Source of the DNA: an uncultured Thiotrichaceae bacterium
Lineage (GTDB): Bacteria; Pseudomonadota; Gammaproteobacteria; Beggiatoales; Beggiatoaceae
Reading direction: 5' to 3'
NCBI GenBank assembly: GCA_964388965.1
Contig: CAYMCP010000001.1
Coordinates: 12,422-76,421 of the forward strand
DNA: 64,000 nt
The notes under the pieces were generated by a model that was not told the origin of the DNA, did no database searches, and worked only from the letters and a program-made list of their open reading frames with translations. The translations under genes and the position numbers were made by a program. Shown one piece after another: positions 51,805 to 63,211 of this stretch. The stretch's first letter is position 1, and every line of letters starts with the position of its first letter.

Positions 51805-52097
51805 TAACCTTGTAAAAAAATTTCTATCTAATTTCCTAAATAGTTTAACAGGATAGATTTAAAAAAGTCACAACTAGAGCACAGAAACGAGATAATTTTA
51901 TCTTGCATACAAAATCAAATATTTTGATAAAGCTATTAATTTTTTTAATCTTATTTTTAAATAGGCATGTAAAAATACACTTTTCGCTATGATTTTGATT
52001 AGTAGAAATTATGCAACTATAATTAACTATTTTGTAATGACATTTCTATGCTATAATAACAAATTTGAGCATAAAATATTTTGTATTAGCAGGATGA

Positions 52098-55000
52098 GTG
52101 ATGACAACACCAAATGAATTATACATTGTAGCTATTGGTGCTTCGGCAGGTGGCTTAGAAGCCATTGAAGAATTTTTCTCACAAGTGCCACGTTATAGCG
52201 GTCTAGCCTATGTTATTATTCAACATTTATCGCCTGATTACAAAAGTTTAATGCCTGAAATTTTAGCTAAAAAAAATGAAGTGCCAATCCATACCGCAGT
52301 GGACGGGATGTTAGTGGAGCCTAATAATATTTATTTAATCCCTCGCAATATGAACATGGAAATTATTGAAGGTAAACTAAAACTGACTCAACGTACTGAC
52401 CGCCATACTTTTAATTTACCGATTGATATATTTTTTAGTTCACTAGCCAAAGACTTACAAGATAAATCAATTGCAATTATTTTATCAGGCACCGGCTCAG
52501 ACGGCAGTAGAGGTATTCGTGAAATAAAAGAAGCAGGTGGAATGATTATTGTGCAAAATCCTGAAACAGCCAAATTTGATGGTATGCCACGTAATGCAAT
52601 TTTAACAGGTGTATGTGATTTTATCTTACCCCCTAAAGAAATGGCTATAAAATTAATTGCTTATATTCAACATCCCTTTGTAGATAAAAAAATCCATCAA
52701 TCTGTTATTTTAGATGAAAAAGATTATTTTTCTCGTATTTTACACCTGTTAAAAGTTAAATTTGAATTAGATTTTTCTGATTATAAGCCAGCAACGATTG
52801 TCCGCCGCTTAGAACGCCGCCTAAATATCAATCAGATTGAAACTTTATCAGATTATTTAGAATTACTTAAAAATTCCGTTTCAGAACAACGCACTTTGTA
52901 TAAAGAATTATTAATTGGCGTAACAAAATTTTTTCGTGACCCTGATGCTTTCAAGCATATAGAAGAAGAGGTTATTCCGCAAATTTTTGAGCAAAAAAAA
53001 TCTACCGAATCGGTAAGGGTGTGGATTGCTGGTTGTTCAACAGGTGAAGAAGTGTATTCAATTGCAATTTTATTTAAAGAATACTGTAAGAGAAACGAAA
53101 TTATTAATGATATTAAAATTTTTGCGACCGATATAGATAAATCAGCAATTGAGTATGCCAGCTACGGTACTTTTAATGCAAGCATTTCCGCCGACATATC
53201 GCCACAATTATTAAACCGTTATTTTGAAAAGGTAGGAGATAGCTTTAAAATTGCTAGCTCTATTCGGGAATTGGTCGTTTTTGCTACGCATAATGTATTT
53301 AAAGACCCTCCATTCAATAAAATTGACTTAGTAGTATGTCGTAATTTATTGATTTATTTCAAACCTATATTGCAAGAAAAAACCTTATCTCTCTTCCATT
53401 TTGCCTTAAATAAGGGGGGATATTTATTTTTGGGCAGTAGCGAAACGGTTGGCGCATTAGAGGATATATTTGAACGTGATAATGCGCAGTGGAAAATATT
53501 TAGAGCCAAAGGTGATAAAAGAGCTCTAAGCAATACAATGTTATCTACCTCACAGCTAAAAGATTTACACAGTTCGGTTTCAAACGTACCCTCTTATGCA
53601 AATAAAAGAACAAGTTTAATCAACGAACAATTTAACTTAAAATTATTGGAGGATAATACTCCAGATACGGTGATTGTTAATAGTCAATTTGAACTGGTAA
53701 ACAGTTTTGGTGAAATTAGGCAATATATTCATTTACCGGTAACTAAAGTGCTTGGTGAACAACTTAATATGAATATTAAACAGATGGTACCACCTGAACA
53801 ACGTTTGATATTTAATGTTGCACTCAGTCAGTCATTAAAAAGCAGTGGTAAAATTGTGTATAATGATGTTAAATATCAGTGTTATGACGGTAGTAGCAAA
53901 ATCCTAGATTTAGTTTTTTCCAGTCTACACATTGCAAGCATTAATAGCCAGTTTGTTTTTGTTTATTTTATTGAAAAAACAGAGAAAACAGATACTCGTG
54001 CTCAACAGCAAAATGTAATATCTGGTAATATTTCAGAGCAAAGTACACAGCGCATTATTGATTTGGAAAATGAGTTGAGTCACACCAAAGAAAATTTACA
54101 AGCCACGATTGAGGAGCTGGAAACCACTAATGAAGAATTACAAACTACTAATGAAGAATTAATTTCTTCAAATGAGGAACTCCAGAGTACTAATGAAGAA
54201 TTACAATCAGTTAATGAAGAATTATACACTGTTAATACTGAATTTCAAGTTAAGAATAAAGAATTAACGATTGCTAATAGTGATTTGGAAAATTTGTTTG
54301 CGAATGCCGATAGTAATATTATTTTTCTTGATTATGATTTATGTATTCGTAAATTTACGCCAAATATTACAACAATTATTCATCTGAAAAATACGGATGA
54401 AGGCAGACCTTTATCAGATTTAAACATTAATTTGAAAGGTGTTGATTTAACGAAAATTGCTATTGAAGTGCTACATAAGCAAACATCTATTACGATGCGT
54501 GTGGAGTCATATTTAAATAAATGGTATCAAATGCGGGTTGTGCCTTATTTATTAAAAAGTGATATGGTGAACGGGATAATTATCAATTTTAATGATATTA
54601 CTGATGCTTATTATATTGAGAAAAATTTAATTCAAGCGCGTCAATCATTAGAAGATATATATAATGGTCTACCAGTTAGTTTATTTGTATTGGATATTAA
54701 TGATGACGGTGATTGCGTGCTAACCTTAACCAATAAGACGCATGATATAAAACGTGGTTATTTACCAAAACAAGTATATGGCAAAAAATTATCTGAATTA
54801 TCAACATATTACTCTAAACATGAAATAGCATTGTTAGAACAAAAAATAGAGCAATGTATTACGGAAAAGTGCAATATCACTTATGAAGATTCATTAACCA
54901 TACAGGAAACAACAACGTGTTGGTTAAGAATTTTATCACCTGTTTGCAATGAACAAGGTACTGTTACGCGCATTATTGGTTCAAGCGTAGAGATTAGCGA

Positions 55001-55430
55001 ACAAAAACGGGTCGAAAAAGATTTAAAAATAGCTAACGAAAAATTAAAAGAGAAAGATAAAGAGTTGATTATTTTGCATGATTCATTAAATAGCTCGATT
55101 AATGGTGTTATTATTACTGATATTGAGGGTAAAATTACTTACTGCAATCCGGCGTTTATTGATATGTTTGATTATGAAGATGCCTCAGATATTCAAGGTC
55201 ACTACGCGCAAAATTTATTTGTAAGCAATAAAGTGAAAAAATTTACTGATCTTTCAACGATTATTCATAAAGATGAAGCTAAAATTGGTAATTTTGAAGT
55301 ACTTTGTAAAAATGGTTTAACATTAAAAGTATTAGTTTCATCTTCAGTTATTAGAGATAAACAGGAGAACAAAATTGGTATGATGGCTTCATTTATCAAT
55401 ATTTCTCAACTGATTGAAATAAAAAGTTAA
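52098..55430 (+). CDS. CheB-methylesterase / CheR-methyltransferase fusion with coiled coil and PAS domains
   Basis: CheB: [23 protein letters not shown]. CheR: [30 protein letters not shown]. Also has the heptad TNEEL coiled coil and at least two or three PAS-like segments. GTG 52098 or ATG 52101 could be the start. Confidence 0.85.
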   Translation: MMTTPNELYIVAIGASAGGLEAIEEFFSQVPRYSGLAYVIIQHLSPDYKSLMPEILAKKNEVPIHTAVDGMLVEPNNIYLIPRNMNMEIIEGKLKLTQRTDRHTFNLPIDIFFSSLAKDLQDKSIAIILSGTGSDGSRGIREIKEAGGMIIVQNPETAKFDGMPRNAILTGVCDFILPPKEMAIKLIAYIQHPFVDKKIHQSVILDEKDYFSRILHLLKVKFELDFSDYKPATIVRRLERRLNINQIETLSDYLELLKNSVSEQRTLYKELLIGVTKFFRDPDAFKHIEEEVIPQIFEQKKSTESVRVWIAGCSTGEEVYSIAILFKEYCKRNEIINDIKIFATDIDKSAIEYASYGTFNASISADISPQLLNRYFEKVGDSFKIASSIRELVVFATHNVFKDPPFNKIDLVVCRNLLIYFKPILQEKTLSLFHFALNKGGYLFLGSSETVGALEDIFERDNAQWKIFRAKGDKRALSNTMLSTSQLKDLHSSVSNVPSYANKRTSLINEQFNLKLLEDNTPDTVIVNSQFELVNSFGEIRQYIHLPVTKVLGEQLNMNIKQMVPPEQRLIFNVALSQSLKSSGKIVYNDVKYQCYDGSSKILDLVFSSLHIASINSQFVFVYFIEKTEKTDTRAQQQNVISGNISEQSTQRIIDLENELSHTKENLQATIEELETTNEELQTTNEELISSNEELQSTNEELQSVNEELYTVNTEFQVKNKELTIANSDLENLFANADSNIIFLDYDLCIRKFTPNITTIIHLKNTDEGRPLSDLNINLKGVDLTKIAIEVLHKQTSITMRVESYLNKWYQMRVVPYLLKSDMVNGIIINFNDITDAYYIEKNLIQARQSLEDIYNGLPVSLFVLDINDDGDCVLTLTNKTHDIKRGYLPKQVYGKKLSELSTYYSKHEIALLEQKIEQCITEKCNITYEDSLTIQETTTCWLRILSPVCNEQGTVTRIIGSSVEISEQKRVEKDLKIANEKLKEKDKELIILHDSLNSSINGVIITDIEGKITYCNPAFIDMFDYEDASDIQGHYAQNLFVSNKVKKFTDLSTIIHKDEAKIGNFEVLCKNGLTLKVLVSSSVIRDKQENKIGMMASFINISQLIEIKS
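54102..54248 (+). repeat. Seven in-frame 21-nt (heptad) repeats encoding (S/T)(T/S/V)NEEL(Q)
   Basis: [49 protein letters not shown]. This is a coding coiled coil, not an array of spacers. Confidence 0.85.
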
Positions 55431-55438
55431 GGATAGAC

Positions 55439-57391
55439 ATGTCTCAATTAAGACAGAAAGCAAAACAGTTACTCGCACAAAAAAATAGTTTAGATGATTT
55501 AAGTAAATTAGATGAAATTGAGTTGGCTAAATTAGTAGAAGAATTGCGTATACATCAAATAGAATTAGAATTACAGGCAGAAGAGTTAAATAAAGTTAAT
55601 ATAGAGTTAGCTGAAACACATAATCAATATTTTGAATTATTTGATAATGCACCCGTAGGCTATGTTGTTATTGATATACATGGGATTGTATTGCACGTCA
55701 ACACGATGGCTTGCCAATTATTTAATCAGTCATTACAAAGAGTTAAAAATAAACCACTTGTAAAGTTTTTGCAACCTCGTTCAATGACATATTTTTACAA
55801 TTTGATAGAGGATGTTATTGAAAAAACAATGATAAATACTGTTGTGTTAGAAGTAAGTCAACAACGTTTTATTGAATTTCATGCTAAATATTATAAGCAG
55901 GATAGTATACTGTTATCTTTAATTGATGTGACAGAAAAAATAAATACAGAACAAGAGCTTATAAAGGCAAAAGCCGATGCTGAACAAGCAAGTCAAATTA
56001 AATCAGAGTTTATTGCAAATATGTCACATGAATTTCGTACACCAATGAATGCAATTTTAGGTTTTTCTGAAATTTTGCAACAAAAATTATCAGCTTATCC
56101 TCAATATCGTTCTTACATCGATAGTATTTTAAAAAGCGGTAGAATATTGCTAAATTTAATTAATGATATTTTAGACGTTTCTAAGATTGAAGCAGGTTAT
56201 GTGGATGTCAAAATCCACTCTATGAATTTTCATTATTTATTATCTGAAATCCAACAAATTTTTTCTCTTAAAGCACAGCAAAAGAATTTGGAATTGTCTA
56301 TAGATTTGCCGTCTGATTTCCCTAAAATTATTATGTTAGATGAAAGATTAATCCGTCAAGTACTGTTTAATTTAGTTGGTAACGCGATTAAATTTACTAA
56401 TCATGGTTTTGTTAGAATTACCGTACAAAAAATAACTCAAAATGAAAATTTCATTGATTTTAAAATTAAAATTCAAGACAGTGGCAAAGGTATTGAGCAA
56501 GAGCAATTAGATAATATGTTTAAACCTTTCCAGTATTGTAGCGATAAAATCGAAGGGACAGGGTTAGGTTTAACAATTTCTAAGCGTTTAACTGAAGCGA
56601 TGGGAGGTGAATTACTTGTGTATAGTCAATTAAATAGTGGTTCTGAATTTAATATTATTTTACCTAATGTCCAAATTGCTGTTTCAAAAGATGTGGTTTT
56701 AAATGAACATCCAGCAGAAGAAATCATGTTTCAACCCGCGACTATTTTAATTGTTAATGATAATAAAGAAATGATTGTTATACTTAAACAGTATTTTTTA
56801 AAATATCTATTTGATATTATTGATGTTATACCGTCTAATGATGTACTGCTACAAGTAAAACAGCACAGTCCTGATATGATTTTTATTGATGTAAATGACT
56901 TGGAAACAGTAAAAACGCTGGCAACTGACTTAAATACACAATATCAGACAATTCCTAAAGTGTTGATTACGGCTAATATTGGTCAGCAAAATATAAAAAG
57001 TTTGTTTCAACATGTTATTATTAAACCTTATTTTTCAAGCGATATTGTGAAAATATTAACGCATTATTTGCCTTATTCTAAAAAACAGAATACCTCTGAA
57101 TTAAATTATGATTTTACTGATCTTGTGAGTCAAAAAGAAAATTTTCAACAAGATTTTATTTTACAATTCAAAGAGATAGAAGAAAAATTTACCCGTGCGG
57201 AATCTTACTTAGATATGTTTTCTTTGATTGAAGTGACTGAAGATATAGAAAATTTAGCCAAGCAATATGAAATACAATCTTTAGTCGCTTATAGTGAAGA
57301 TTTAAAAGTTGTGACAGAGCAGTTTGATGTGGAAAATATCACAAAATTTTATCAAGTTTTTTATTCTTTACATAAACAACTTTTCAGTTAA
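55439..57391 (+). CDS. PAS-domain sensor histidine kinase with C-terminal receiver-like and helical (Hpt-like, His-less) regions
   Basis: H-box [12 protein letters not shown]. HATPase motifs ([27 protein letters not shown]). Receiver-like ILIVNDNKE...MIFIDVND...LITAN...IIKP. The start is 8 nt after the CheB/CheR gene's stop. Confidence 0.8.
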   Translation: MSQLRQKAKQLLAQKNSLDDLSKLDEIELAKLVEELRIHQIELELQAEELNKVNIELAETHNQYFELFDNAPVGYVVIDIHGIVLHVNTMACQLFNQSLQRVKNKPLVKFLQPRSMTYFYNLIEDVIEKTMINTVVLEVSQQRFIEFHAKYYKQDSILLSLIDVTEKINTEQELIKAKADAEQASQIKSEFIANMSHEFRTPMNAILGFSEILQQKLSAYPQYRSYIDSILKSGRILLNLINDILDVSKIEAGYVDVKIHSMNFHYLLSEIQQIFSLKAQQKNLELSIDLPSDFPKIIMLDERLIRQVLFNLVGNAIKFTNHGFVRITVQKITQNENFIDFKIKIQDSGKGIEQEQLDNMFKPFQYCSDKIEGTGLGLTISKRLTEAMGGELLVYSQLNSGSEFNIILPNVQIAVSKDVVLNEHPAEEIMFQPATILIVNDNKEMIVILKQYFLKYLFDIIDVIPSNDVLLQVKQHSPDMIFIDVNDLETVKTLATDLNTQYQTIPKVLITANIGQQNIKSLFQHVIIKPYFSSDIVKILTHYLPYSKKQNTSELNYDFTDLVSQKENFQQDFILQFKEIEEKFTRAESYLDMFSLIEVTEDIENLAKQYEIQSLVAYSEDLKVVTEQFDVENITKFYQVFYSLHKQLFS

Positions 57392-57507
57392 ACAACTTAA
57401 ATTAGCCATAATTTTTAGATTTTTAAAATGTATTAATGGTTTGGGTATATTATGGTAGCTTCTGGTTATCAAAACATCACGATTATTTTAATTAAAAAGT
57501 AATATTT

Positions 57508-58794
57508 ATGTCTCATCAACGTAAAATTTCAGTTATTGGCTTAGGTTATGTCGGTTTACCTGTTGCTATGGCGTTTGCAAAACAAGGTTTTGTTATCGGA
57601 TTTGACATTAATCCGCAACGTATTGCAGAGTTAAATGAGCAATATGATACAACTCAAGAGCTGACTCCAACCGACTGGGAGAATGTGCAAATTCATTTTA
57701 CTACCAATCCAGACAAATTAGCTCAAGCTGATTTTCATATTATTGCAGTGCCGACACCAGTAGACGAGCAAAAAACGCCTGATTTATTGCCCGTATTAAA
57801 AGCATCAAAAATTGTTGGAAAAAAATTAAAAAAAGGCGATATTGTCGTGTATGAATCCACAGTTTATCCCGGTGCAACTGAGGAGATGTGCATTCCTGTT
57901 TTAGAGCGTAGCTCTGGTTTGCAATGCGGGTATGATTTCAAAGTAGGTTATTCGGCAGAACGCATTAATCCGGGAGACAGTACACATCGATTTGAGAATA
58001 TCATTAAAGTTGTATCTGGTTTAGATGTAGAATCATTAGATATTATTGCAAATGTATACGGTTCAGTCGTTAAAGCTGGTGTGCACCGCGCATCAAGTAT
58101 TAAAGTTGCGGAGGCTGCTAAAGTCATTGAAAATATTCAACGCGATGTTAATATTGCTTTAATTAATGAATTAGCAATGATTTTTAATAAACTACAAATT
58201 GATACGCATGATGTGTTACAAGCTGCTGCAACAAAATGGAATTTTTTATCATTCACACCCGGTTTAGTTGGTGGACATTGCATTGGTATTGATCCTTATT
58301 ATTTAAAACACAAAGCAGAACAAGTAGGTTATACACCGCATATTATCCCAGCTAGTAGAAAAATTAATGATGAAATGGGGGAATTTATTGCTTTGCAAGC
58401 GGTTACACATCTCACTCGTATTGGTTGTTTATTGCAAGAAACGACTGTGACGGTTTTGGGTTTGGCGTTTAAGGAAAATGTAGCCGATTTGCGTAATACG
58501 CGAGTAGTGGATATTGTGCGAATCTTACAGCAGCACGGCATACGAGTGCAACTACATGATAATTGGGTAAATCCGCAGCAGGTAGAGCAAGAATATGGTT
58601 TAACTTTATCTACAGAGCAACATTTGCAAAAAGCGCAGTGCATTATTTTAGCTGTTGCTCATCGAGATTATTTAGCAAAGGGCTGGACGTGGTTGCAAAC
58701 ACTTTTGGATACTAAGCGTTGTCTTGTTATGGATATTAAAGGAGTTTTAGCGCAAAATGCTGTTCCTAAAAATGTAATTTTATGGAGATTATAA
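57508..58794 (+). CDS. Nucleotide-sugar (UDP-N-acetyl-hexosamine type) 6-dehydrogenase, TviB/WbpO/WecC-like
   Basis: ISVIGLGYVGLP Rossmann motif and catalytic Cys in GGHCIGIDPYY. 428 aa. The exact substrate cannot be determined from sequence. Confidence 0.8.
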   Translation: MSHQRKISVIGLGYVGLPVAMAFAKQGFVIGFDINPQRIAELNEQYDTTQELTPTDWENVQIHFTTNPDKLAQADFHIIAVPTPVDEQKTPDLLPVLKASKIVGKKLKKGDIVVYESTVYPGATEEMCIPVLERSSGLQCGYDFKVGYSAERINPGDSTHRFENIIKVVSGLDVESLDIIANVYGSVVKAGVHRASSIKVAEAAKVIENIQRDVNIALINELAMIFNKLQIDTHDVLQAAATKWNFLSFTPGLVGGHCIGIDPYYLKHKAEQVGYTPHIIPASRKINDEMGEFIALQAVTHLTRIGCLLQETTVTVLGLAFKENVADLRNTRVVDIVRILQQHGIRVQLHDNWVNPQQVEQEYGLTLSTEQHLQKAQCIILAVAHRDYLAKGWTWLQTLLDTKRCLVMDIKGVLAQNAVPKNVILWRL

Positions 58795-58915
58795 TTTTAT
58801 AATTGTCTCAAGGTAATCGGAATTTATTTTTTAACTTTGGCTCTTAACTTTTAACATAAGCAAGCATAAGTATGATAATCTTAATGGTGTATACATCAAA
58901 TTATAGTTTATTAGC

Positions 58916-59464
58916 ATGATCCGAAATTTTGACCAGTACCAACCTAAAATTGCTGCCTCAGCCTATGTGGATGCACTAGCATTAATTATAGGACAAGTGG
59001 AAATTAATGAATATGCTTCAGTTTTTCCTATGGCGGTGCTGCGCGGCGATATACAACGTATTGTTATTGGAGCAAGAACGAACATTCAAGATGGTAGCGT
59101 TTTGCATGTGACTCATGATAGTCAATATTGTGCTGGTGGGTTGCCATTGCTGTTATCACACGATATTACAGTGGGGCATAATGCTACGCTACATGCTTGT
59201 AATATAGGGCATCATTGCCTAATTGGTATGGGGGCTATTGTTTTAGACGGCGCAGTATTAGAGCCTTATACGATGCTAGCGGCGGGCAGCTTGGTTGCGC
59301 CACATAAAAAGCTAGAAGGTGGATTTCTATGGCGTGGCAGCCCAGCGGTTAAGGTACGAAGTTTAACCAGTGAAGAAAAAACATACTTGGACTATTCTGC
59401 TCAAAATTATGTAAATTTAACAAGAAAATATTTAGAACAATCAATAAATAATTTTTGTTATTAA
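58916..59464 (+). CDS. Gamma-carbonic-anhydrase-family / left-handed beta-helix protein (YrdA/PaaY-like)
   Basis: Hexapeptide repeats, the RGD...I.IG..TNIQDG..LH motif and conserved His residues typical of the gamma-CA family. Confidence 0.85.
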   Translation: MIRNFDQYQPKIAASAYVDALALIIGQVEINEYASVFPMAVLRGDIQRIVIGARTNIQDGSVLHVTHDSQYCAGGLPLLLSHDITVGHNATLHACNIGHHCLIGMGAIVLDGAVLEPYTMLAAGSLVAPHKKLEGGFLWRGSPAVKVRSLTSEEKTYLDYSAQNYVNLTRKYLEQSINNFCY

Positions 59465-59563
59465 TTAATAATTATTGCTAATATAGCTTATTTTACCTGT
59501 AAAATTAGCATTCAAACCTAAACCGTCTGAACTATCAACACCATTAAAAGGTAGTATATCAAT

Positions 59564-60700
59564 ATGCGGATCGGTATCGTAGTGGGCGAAATTTCTGGCG
59601 ATATGCTAGGGGCTGGACTGATTCAAAGCCTTAAACAACACTATCCTCAAGCACAATTTGAGGGTATTGGTGGGCGAAAAATGTTGCAAATGGGTTTTAA
59701 AAGCCATCATCCGATGGAAACGTTGTCAGTGATGGGTTTATTTGAAGTTCTAAAACACTACCGCAGCATAAAACGTTGCCACAACCAATTACGTGACTAT
59801 TTTCTAGCCAATCCACCAGATGTTTTTATTGGCATTGATGCACCAGATTTTAACTTATATTTAGAAAAATCATTAAAAAAAGCAAATATTCCTACAGTAC
59901 ACTACGTTAGCCCTTCGGTGTGGGCATGGCGTGAATATCGCTTAAAAAACATTAAACAAGCTTGTGATTTAATGCTTACCTTACTACCTTTTGAAGCAAT
60001 TTATTATGAGAAACAACAACATCCTGTTACTTTCGTCGGACATCCATTAGCAGATAACATTGCTTTACAAACCGACAAACTGGCTGCAAGACGTGAATTA
60101 AATTTAACATCAGATGTCAGATGGATTGCTATTTTACCCGGTAGCCGTGCAACAGAATTAAAACAATTAGCTAAACCTTTTATTCAAACTGCACAGTGGC
60201 TACTACAACAACGCGAAAATTTACAATTCATTACTCCACTTGCTAATCAAAAAACAGCTGTTATTTTTCAGCAATATTTACAACAACTTGCACCTAATTT
60301 ACCTATTCAATTTTTAACGAGCGAACAATCACATCAAGTTATGGCGGCGGCGGATGTTATTTTAATGGCATCGGGTACAGCCACATTAGAAGCGATGTTA
60401 ATTAAACGTCCAATGGTCGTTGCCTATCGCTTAATGCCTTTAACTTATTGGCTAGCCAAACAAATGGTGCACATTCCTTATTTTTCCTTACCTAATTTAT
60501 TGGCAAATGAAGCACTTGTAGCAGAATATTTGCAACATGAAGTTATTCCTGAAAATTTAGGGCAAGCTGTATTATACTGGTTGGACAATGCAACTGACGA
60601 ATTAACTCAACGTTTTACAGAATTACATCTACAATTAAGACAATCAGCCGACGACCGAGCAGCTCAAGCCATTATCAAGCTGTTGGCAACAAAGAATTAA
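59564..60700 (+). CDS. lpxB: Lipid-A-disaccharide synthase
   Basis: MRIGIVVGEISGDMLGAGLI N-terminus, YVSPSVWAWR, SGTATLEAML. About 378 aa. Confidence 0.92.
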   Translation: MRIGIVVGEISGDMLGAGLIQSLKQHYPQAQFEGIGGRKMLQMGFKSHHPMETLSVMGLFEVLKHYRSIKRCHNQLRDYFLANPPDVFIGIDAPDFNLYLEKSLKKANIPTVHYVSPSVWAWREYRLKNIKQACDLMLTLLPFEAIYYEKQQHPVTFVGHPLADNIALQTDKLAARRELNLTSDVRWIAILPGSRATELKQLAKPFIQTAQWLLQQRENLQFITPLANQKTAVIFQQYLQQLAPNLPIQFLTSEQSHQVMAAADVILMASGTATLEAMLIKRPMVVAYRLMPLTYWLAKQMVHIPYFSLPNLLANEALVAEYLQHEVIPENLGQAVLYWLDNATDELTQRFTELHLQLRQSADDRAAQAIIKLLATKN

Positions 60701-60729
60701 TGCTATTAGTCATAAAAAGGAGGATTATT

Positions 60730-61326
60730 GTGCGTTATTTTATTATATTTTTTCTGTATTTTTTCAGTTTACCATTGCAAGCAATAACACAAATTGGTGT
60801 ATCTGTAACAAATTTTACCTTAGCTGATAGTTGGGGCGATCCGGTAAAATTATCTGATTTTGCGGGTAAATATGTCGTTTTAGAGTGGATTAATCCTGAT
60901 TGTCCGGACGTTAAACGCCATTACATACAAAAAACCATGCAAAATTTAGCGTATAACTATTTAGGTGATGATATTATATGGTTAGCGATTAATAGCACGT
61001 ATTACATGACTCAAGAAGATAATCAGCGTTGGCGACAATTAAATCAAATTTTTTACCGTGTCTTAGACGACCATCGTGGTGAAGTAGGACGAGCATTACA
61101 AGCAAAAGTAACACCACAAATGTTTATCATTAATCCTAAAGGTATTTTAGTGTATAAAGGTGCAATAGATAACGCACCAAGCGGTGTTGCAACATTAAAT
61201 TACGTGCAAGCTGCATTAGATGAGTTAGTAGCAGGTAAGACAGTCACTTATCAAGAAACAGAGCCATACGGTTGTGCTGTGAAATATCCAGCCAGAATGC
61301 TAGATTTAAATGCAGTTAGAAAATAA
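60730..61326 (+). CDS. Secreted thioredoxin-fold (redoxin/TlpA-like) protein with a single active-site Cys
   Basis: AAGGAGG at 60717-60723, 6 nt before GTG 60730 (the track starts at ATG 60700, overlapping the lpxB stop). Signal peptide ...SLPLQA. The motif WINPDCPDVKRHY has only one Cys where CxxC would be expected. Confidence 0.6.
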   Translation: MRYFIIFFLYFFSLPLQAITQIGVSVTNFTLADSWGDPVKLSDFAGKYVVLEWINPDCPDVKRHYIQKTMQNLAYNYLGDDIIWLAINSTYYMTQEDNQRWRQLNQIFYRVLDDHRGEVGRALQAKVTPQMFIINPKGILVYKGAIDNAPSGVATLNYVQAALDELVAGKTVTYQETEPYGCAVKYPARMLDLNAVRK

Positions 61327-61337
61327 ATATTAATAAA

Positions 61338-61376
61338 TTAGGTATTGCGCTAAAAAAATTATTTTTTAATACCTAA
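61338..61376. terminator. Perfect 9-bp hairpin between the convergent redoxin gene and DUF2063 gene
   Basis: TTAGGTATT (61338-61346) pairs with AATACCTAA (61368-61376). The A/T-rich loop contains runs on both strands. The right arm overlaps the last codons of the minus-strand gene. Confidence 0.45.
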
Positions 61377-62117
61377 CACTATTTCTTGTGTCAACCACAT
61401 TTGCAAGATACCCAATCCACCTTGAATTACGGTCTCTGGCTCAGGATGCTGTAATTCCTCTGCGATTTCGCTCAACAATTGCTGTCCTGTTTTATCTGCA
61501 TCATTTTTAAGCAATTTTTCTAGTAAACGCGCACTGACAGGATTTAACAATATAAATTTAACGTTATCAGTCAAATTACGGTAGACCAATAAATAAGTTG
61601 GCTGCTCTGGTGGCTCGGCAGGCTGAAAATCTGGACTAATTTGATGAACAGGATACTGATATACCAAACCCCAGACTGTTGGGTTTAGAGAAGGTACACC
61701 CGTTAATAAATCACCTGTTTGATTAATTTGACTTAAATCCGCTTCACGGGTATCAATCGCTACTGCTAACTCGACCCACTCGTAATGTGCTAATTCATAT
61801 AAAAAATTTGGCTCGTCCGGTAATGATTCATGCTCATCTTCCAAATAACGTAAGAATTCTTGCGGCATTTGTGGGAATAACGGCGTTTTACATTGGTGTT
61901 TAATCATAAATTGCCGCGTTAAATGTTGCCATTGCTCAGGTGACAAGATTTTGTGTAACACGCGATAGGTATTCGCTAGTAAATTTTTGATATTATTGTA
62001 GAATAATTCATTATACACAGTCATACGTTGCTGAGAGACATCGGCAAGCAATGGCACATGTTCTGGGTTGCGAATATGGGCTGTGAAAGCGTATTGAATC
62101 TGTTGAAAACTAGCCAT
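61359..62117 (-). CDS. DUF2063-family protein (BufC/HvfC-type partner of DUF692 enzymes)
   Basis: N-terminal [16 protein letters not shown]...[17 protein letters not shown]...FP pattern typical of DUF2063. Its ATG overlaps the DUF692 stop by 8 nt (ATGGCTAG). Confidence 0.75.
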   Translation of the reverse strand: MASFQQIQYAFTAHIRNPEHVPLLADVSQQRMTVYNELFYNNIKNLLANTYRVLHKILSPEQWQHLTRQFMIKHQCKTPLFPQMPQEFLRYLEDEHESLPDEPNFLYELAHYEWVELAVAIDTREADLSQINQTGDLLTGVPSLNPTVWGLVYQYPVHQISPDFQPAEPPEQPTYLLVYRNLTDNVKFILLNPVSARLLEKLLKNDADKTGQQLLSEIAEELQHPEPETVIQGGLGILQMWLTQEIVLGIKK

Positions 62118-62952
62118 GTTGCACTTTTTTAATTGTTTCAGTGTAATGAGACTGAATTTTAATAATCATATCTAATTCTTGCATCAATGTTTCTAATGGC
62201 GGAATATTGAAATCACGTTCTAATAAGGTCGGAAATACACCAAAATGTTGATAAGCTATAGCCAACAATTCCCAGACCCGTTCAATCACCGCTGCACCAT
62301 GCGTATCAATAATAAAATCCTGCTCATTATAGTGACCTGCAATATGCGCATAAACGATGCGTTCACTAGGCAAAGCTCGCAAGAATGATATTGGATCATA
62401 ACCATGATTAACGCTATTAACATAAATATTATTTACATCAAGCAGTAAATTACAATCTGCCTCACTCAAAACTGCATTAATAAAATCAATTTCTGCCATT
62501 TGCATTCCGGGTGCTGCATAATAGGACGCATTTTCCATTGCAATTTTACGTTCCAAAATATCTTGAGTACGACGGATGCGCGCGGCAACATAATGAACCG
62601 CCTCTTCGGTAAAAGGAATTGGCATTAAATCGTACAAATGTCCATCATCAGCACAATAAGTCAAATGGTCGGTATAATCTAGGACGTGATGAGTATCAAG
62701 AAATTGTTTAATGCGTTGTAAGAAGGGTTCATCTAATGGTGCGGGACCACCGATATTTAATGATAAACCATGCGCTACAACGGGATAATTTTCAGTGAAA
62801 TAACGTAACTTCTTGGCGAGACGACCGCCTACACCAATCCAGTTTTCAGGCACTAGCTCGATAAAGCTAACTTGTTGAGGAGTCTGTTGCTCCAACGAAT
62901 CTAAGAAATCTCGTCGGAGCCCCAAACCCGCGCCACGTACTTTATAATTCAT
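62110..62952 (-). CDS. DUF692 / UPF0276 protein = multinuclear non-haem iron oxidative enzyme (MNIO, MbnB/BufB-like)
   Basis: [10 protein letters not shown]...FIELVPENW...HGLSLNIGG...DHL...MENASYY...[18 protein letters not shown]...HIAGH are hallmark DUF692 blocks. I set the start at ATG 62950-62952 because the track's longer ORF (to 63060) overlaps the upstream peptide gene in another frame. Confidence 0.85.
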   Translation of the reverse strand: MNYKVRGAGLGLRRDFLDSLEQQTPQQVSFIELVPENWIGVGGRLAKKLRYFTENYPVVAHGLSLNIGGPAPLDEPFLQRIKQFLDTHHVLDYTDHLTYCADDGHLYDLMPIPFTEEAVHYVAARIRRTQDILERKIAMENASYYAAPGMQMAEIDFINAVLSEADCNLLLDVNNIYVNSVNHGYDPISFLRALPSERIVYAHIAGHYNEQDFIIDTHGAAVIERVWELLAIAYQHFGVFPTLLERDFNIPPLETLMQELDMIIKIQSHYTETIKKVQHG

Positions 62953-62980
62953 AGCGAGAGTAATAGCAAAAGTGAGTAAA

Positions 62981-63211
62981 TTATTCCACTTCTTCTGCTT
63001 CTTCTTCAGAAGGTTCTTCTTCTGACATACCTTTAGTTTCTTCTGATTCTGCTTCCTCAATGACTTCTTCAGGAGCAGCTTCTGACATACCTTTAACTTC
63101 TTCTACAGCTTCTTCAGATGTTTCAGTTGCAGGTACTTCTTCAGCATAAACAGGCGTAGTCGCTACCGCGATAGTAAAAACAGAACCAAGAGCTAAAGCT
63201 GATTTATTCAT
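62981..63211 (-). CDS. Secreted 76-aa peptide, extremely Glu-rich and Cys-free; candidate precursor or partner of the MNIO system
   Basis: AAGAGGA RBS 8 nt upstream of the ATG. Sec-type signal [23 protein letters not shown]. The mature 53 aa contain 24 Glu. KGMSE occurs twice, 20 aa apart. The gene ends 28 nt upstream of the DUF692 ATG. Confidence 0.65.
   Translation of the reverse strand: MNKSALALGSVFTIAVATTPVYAEEVPATETSEEAVEEVKGMSEAAPEEVIEEAESEETKGMSEEEPSEEEAEEVE

Noticed and set aside
54102-54248. 21-nt periodic repeats that could be mistaken for a small CRISPR-like or VNTR array.
   Set aside because: They are in frame within the CheB/CheR gene and encode seven heptads of a known coiled-coil motif. 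There is no spacer/repeat structure.
62953-63060. N-terminal extension of the DUF692 ORF ([36 protein letters not shown]) given in the ORF track.
   Set aside because: It overlaps the 3' part of the peptide gene in a different frame and is Lys-rich, being the out-of-frame reading of the Glu-rich (GAA-rich) peptide coding sequence. The conserved DUF692 N-terminus begins at the internal Met (ATG 62952).
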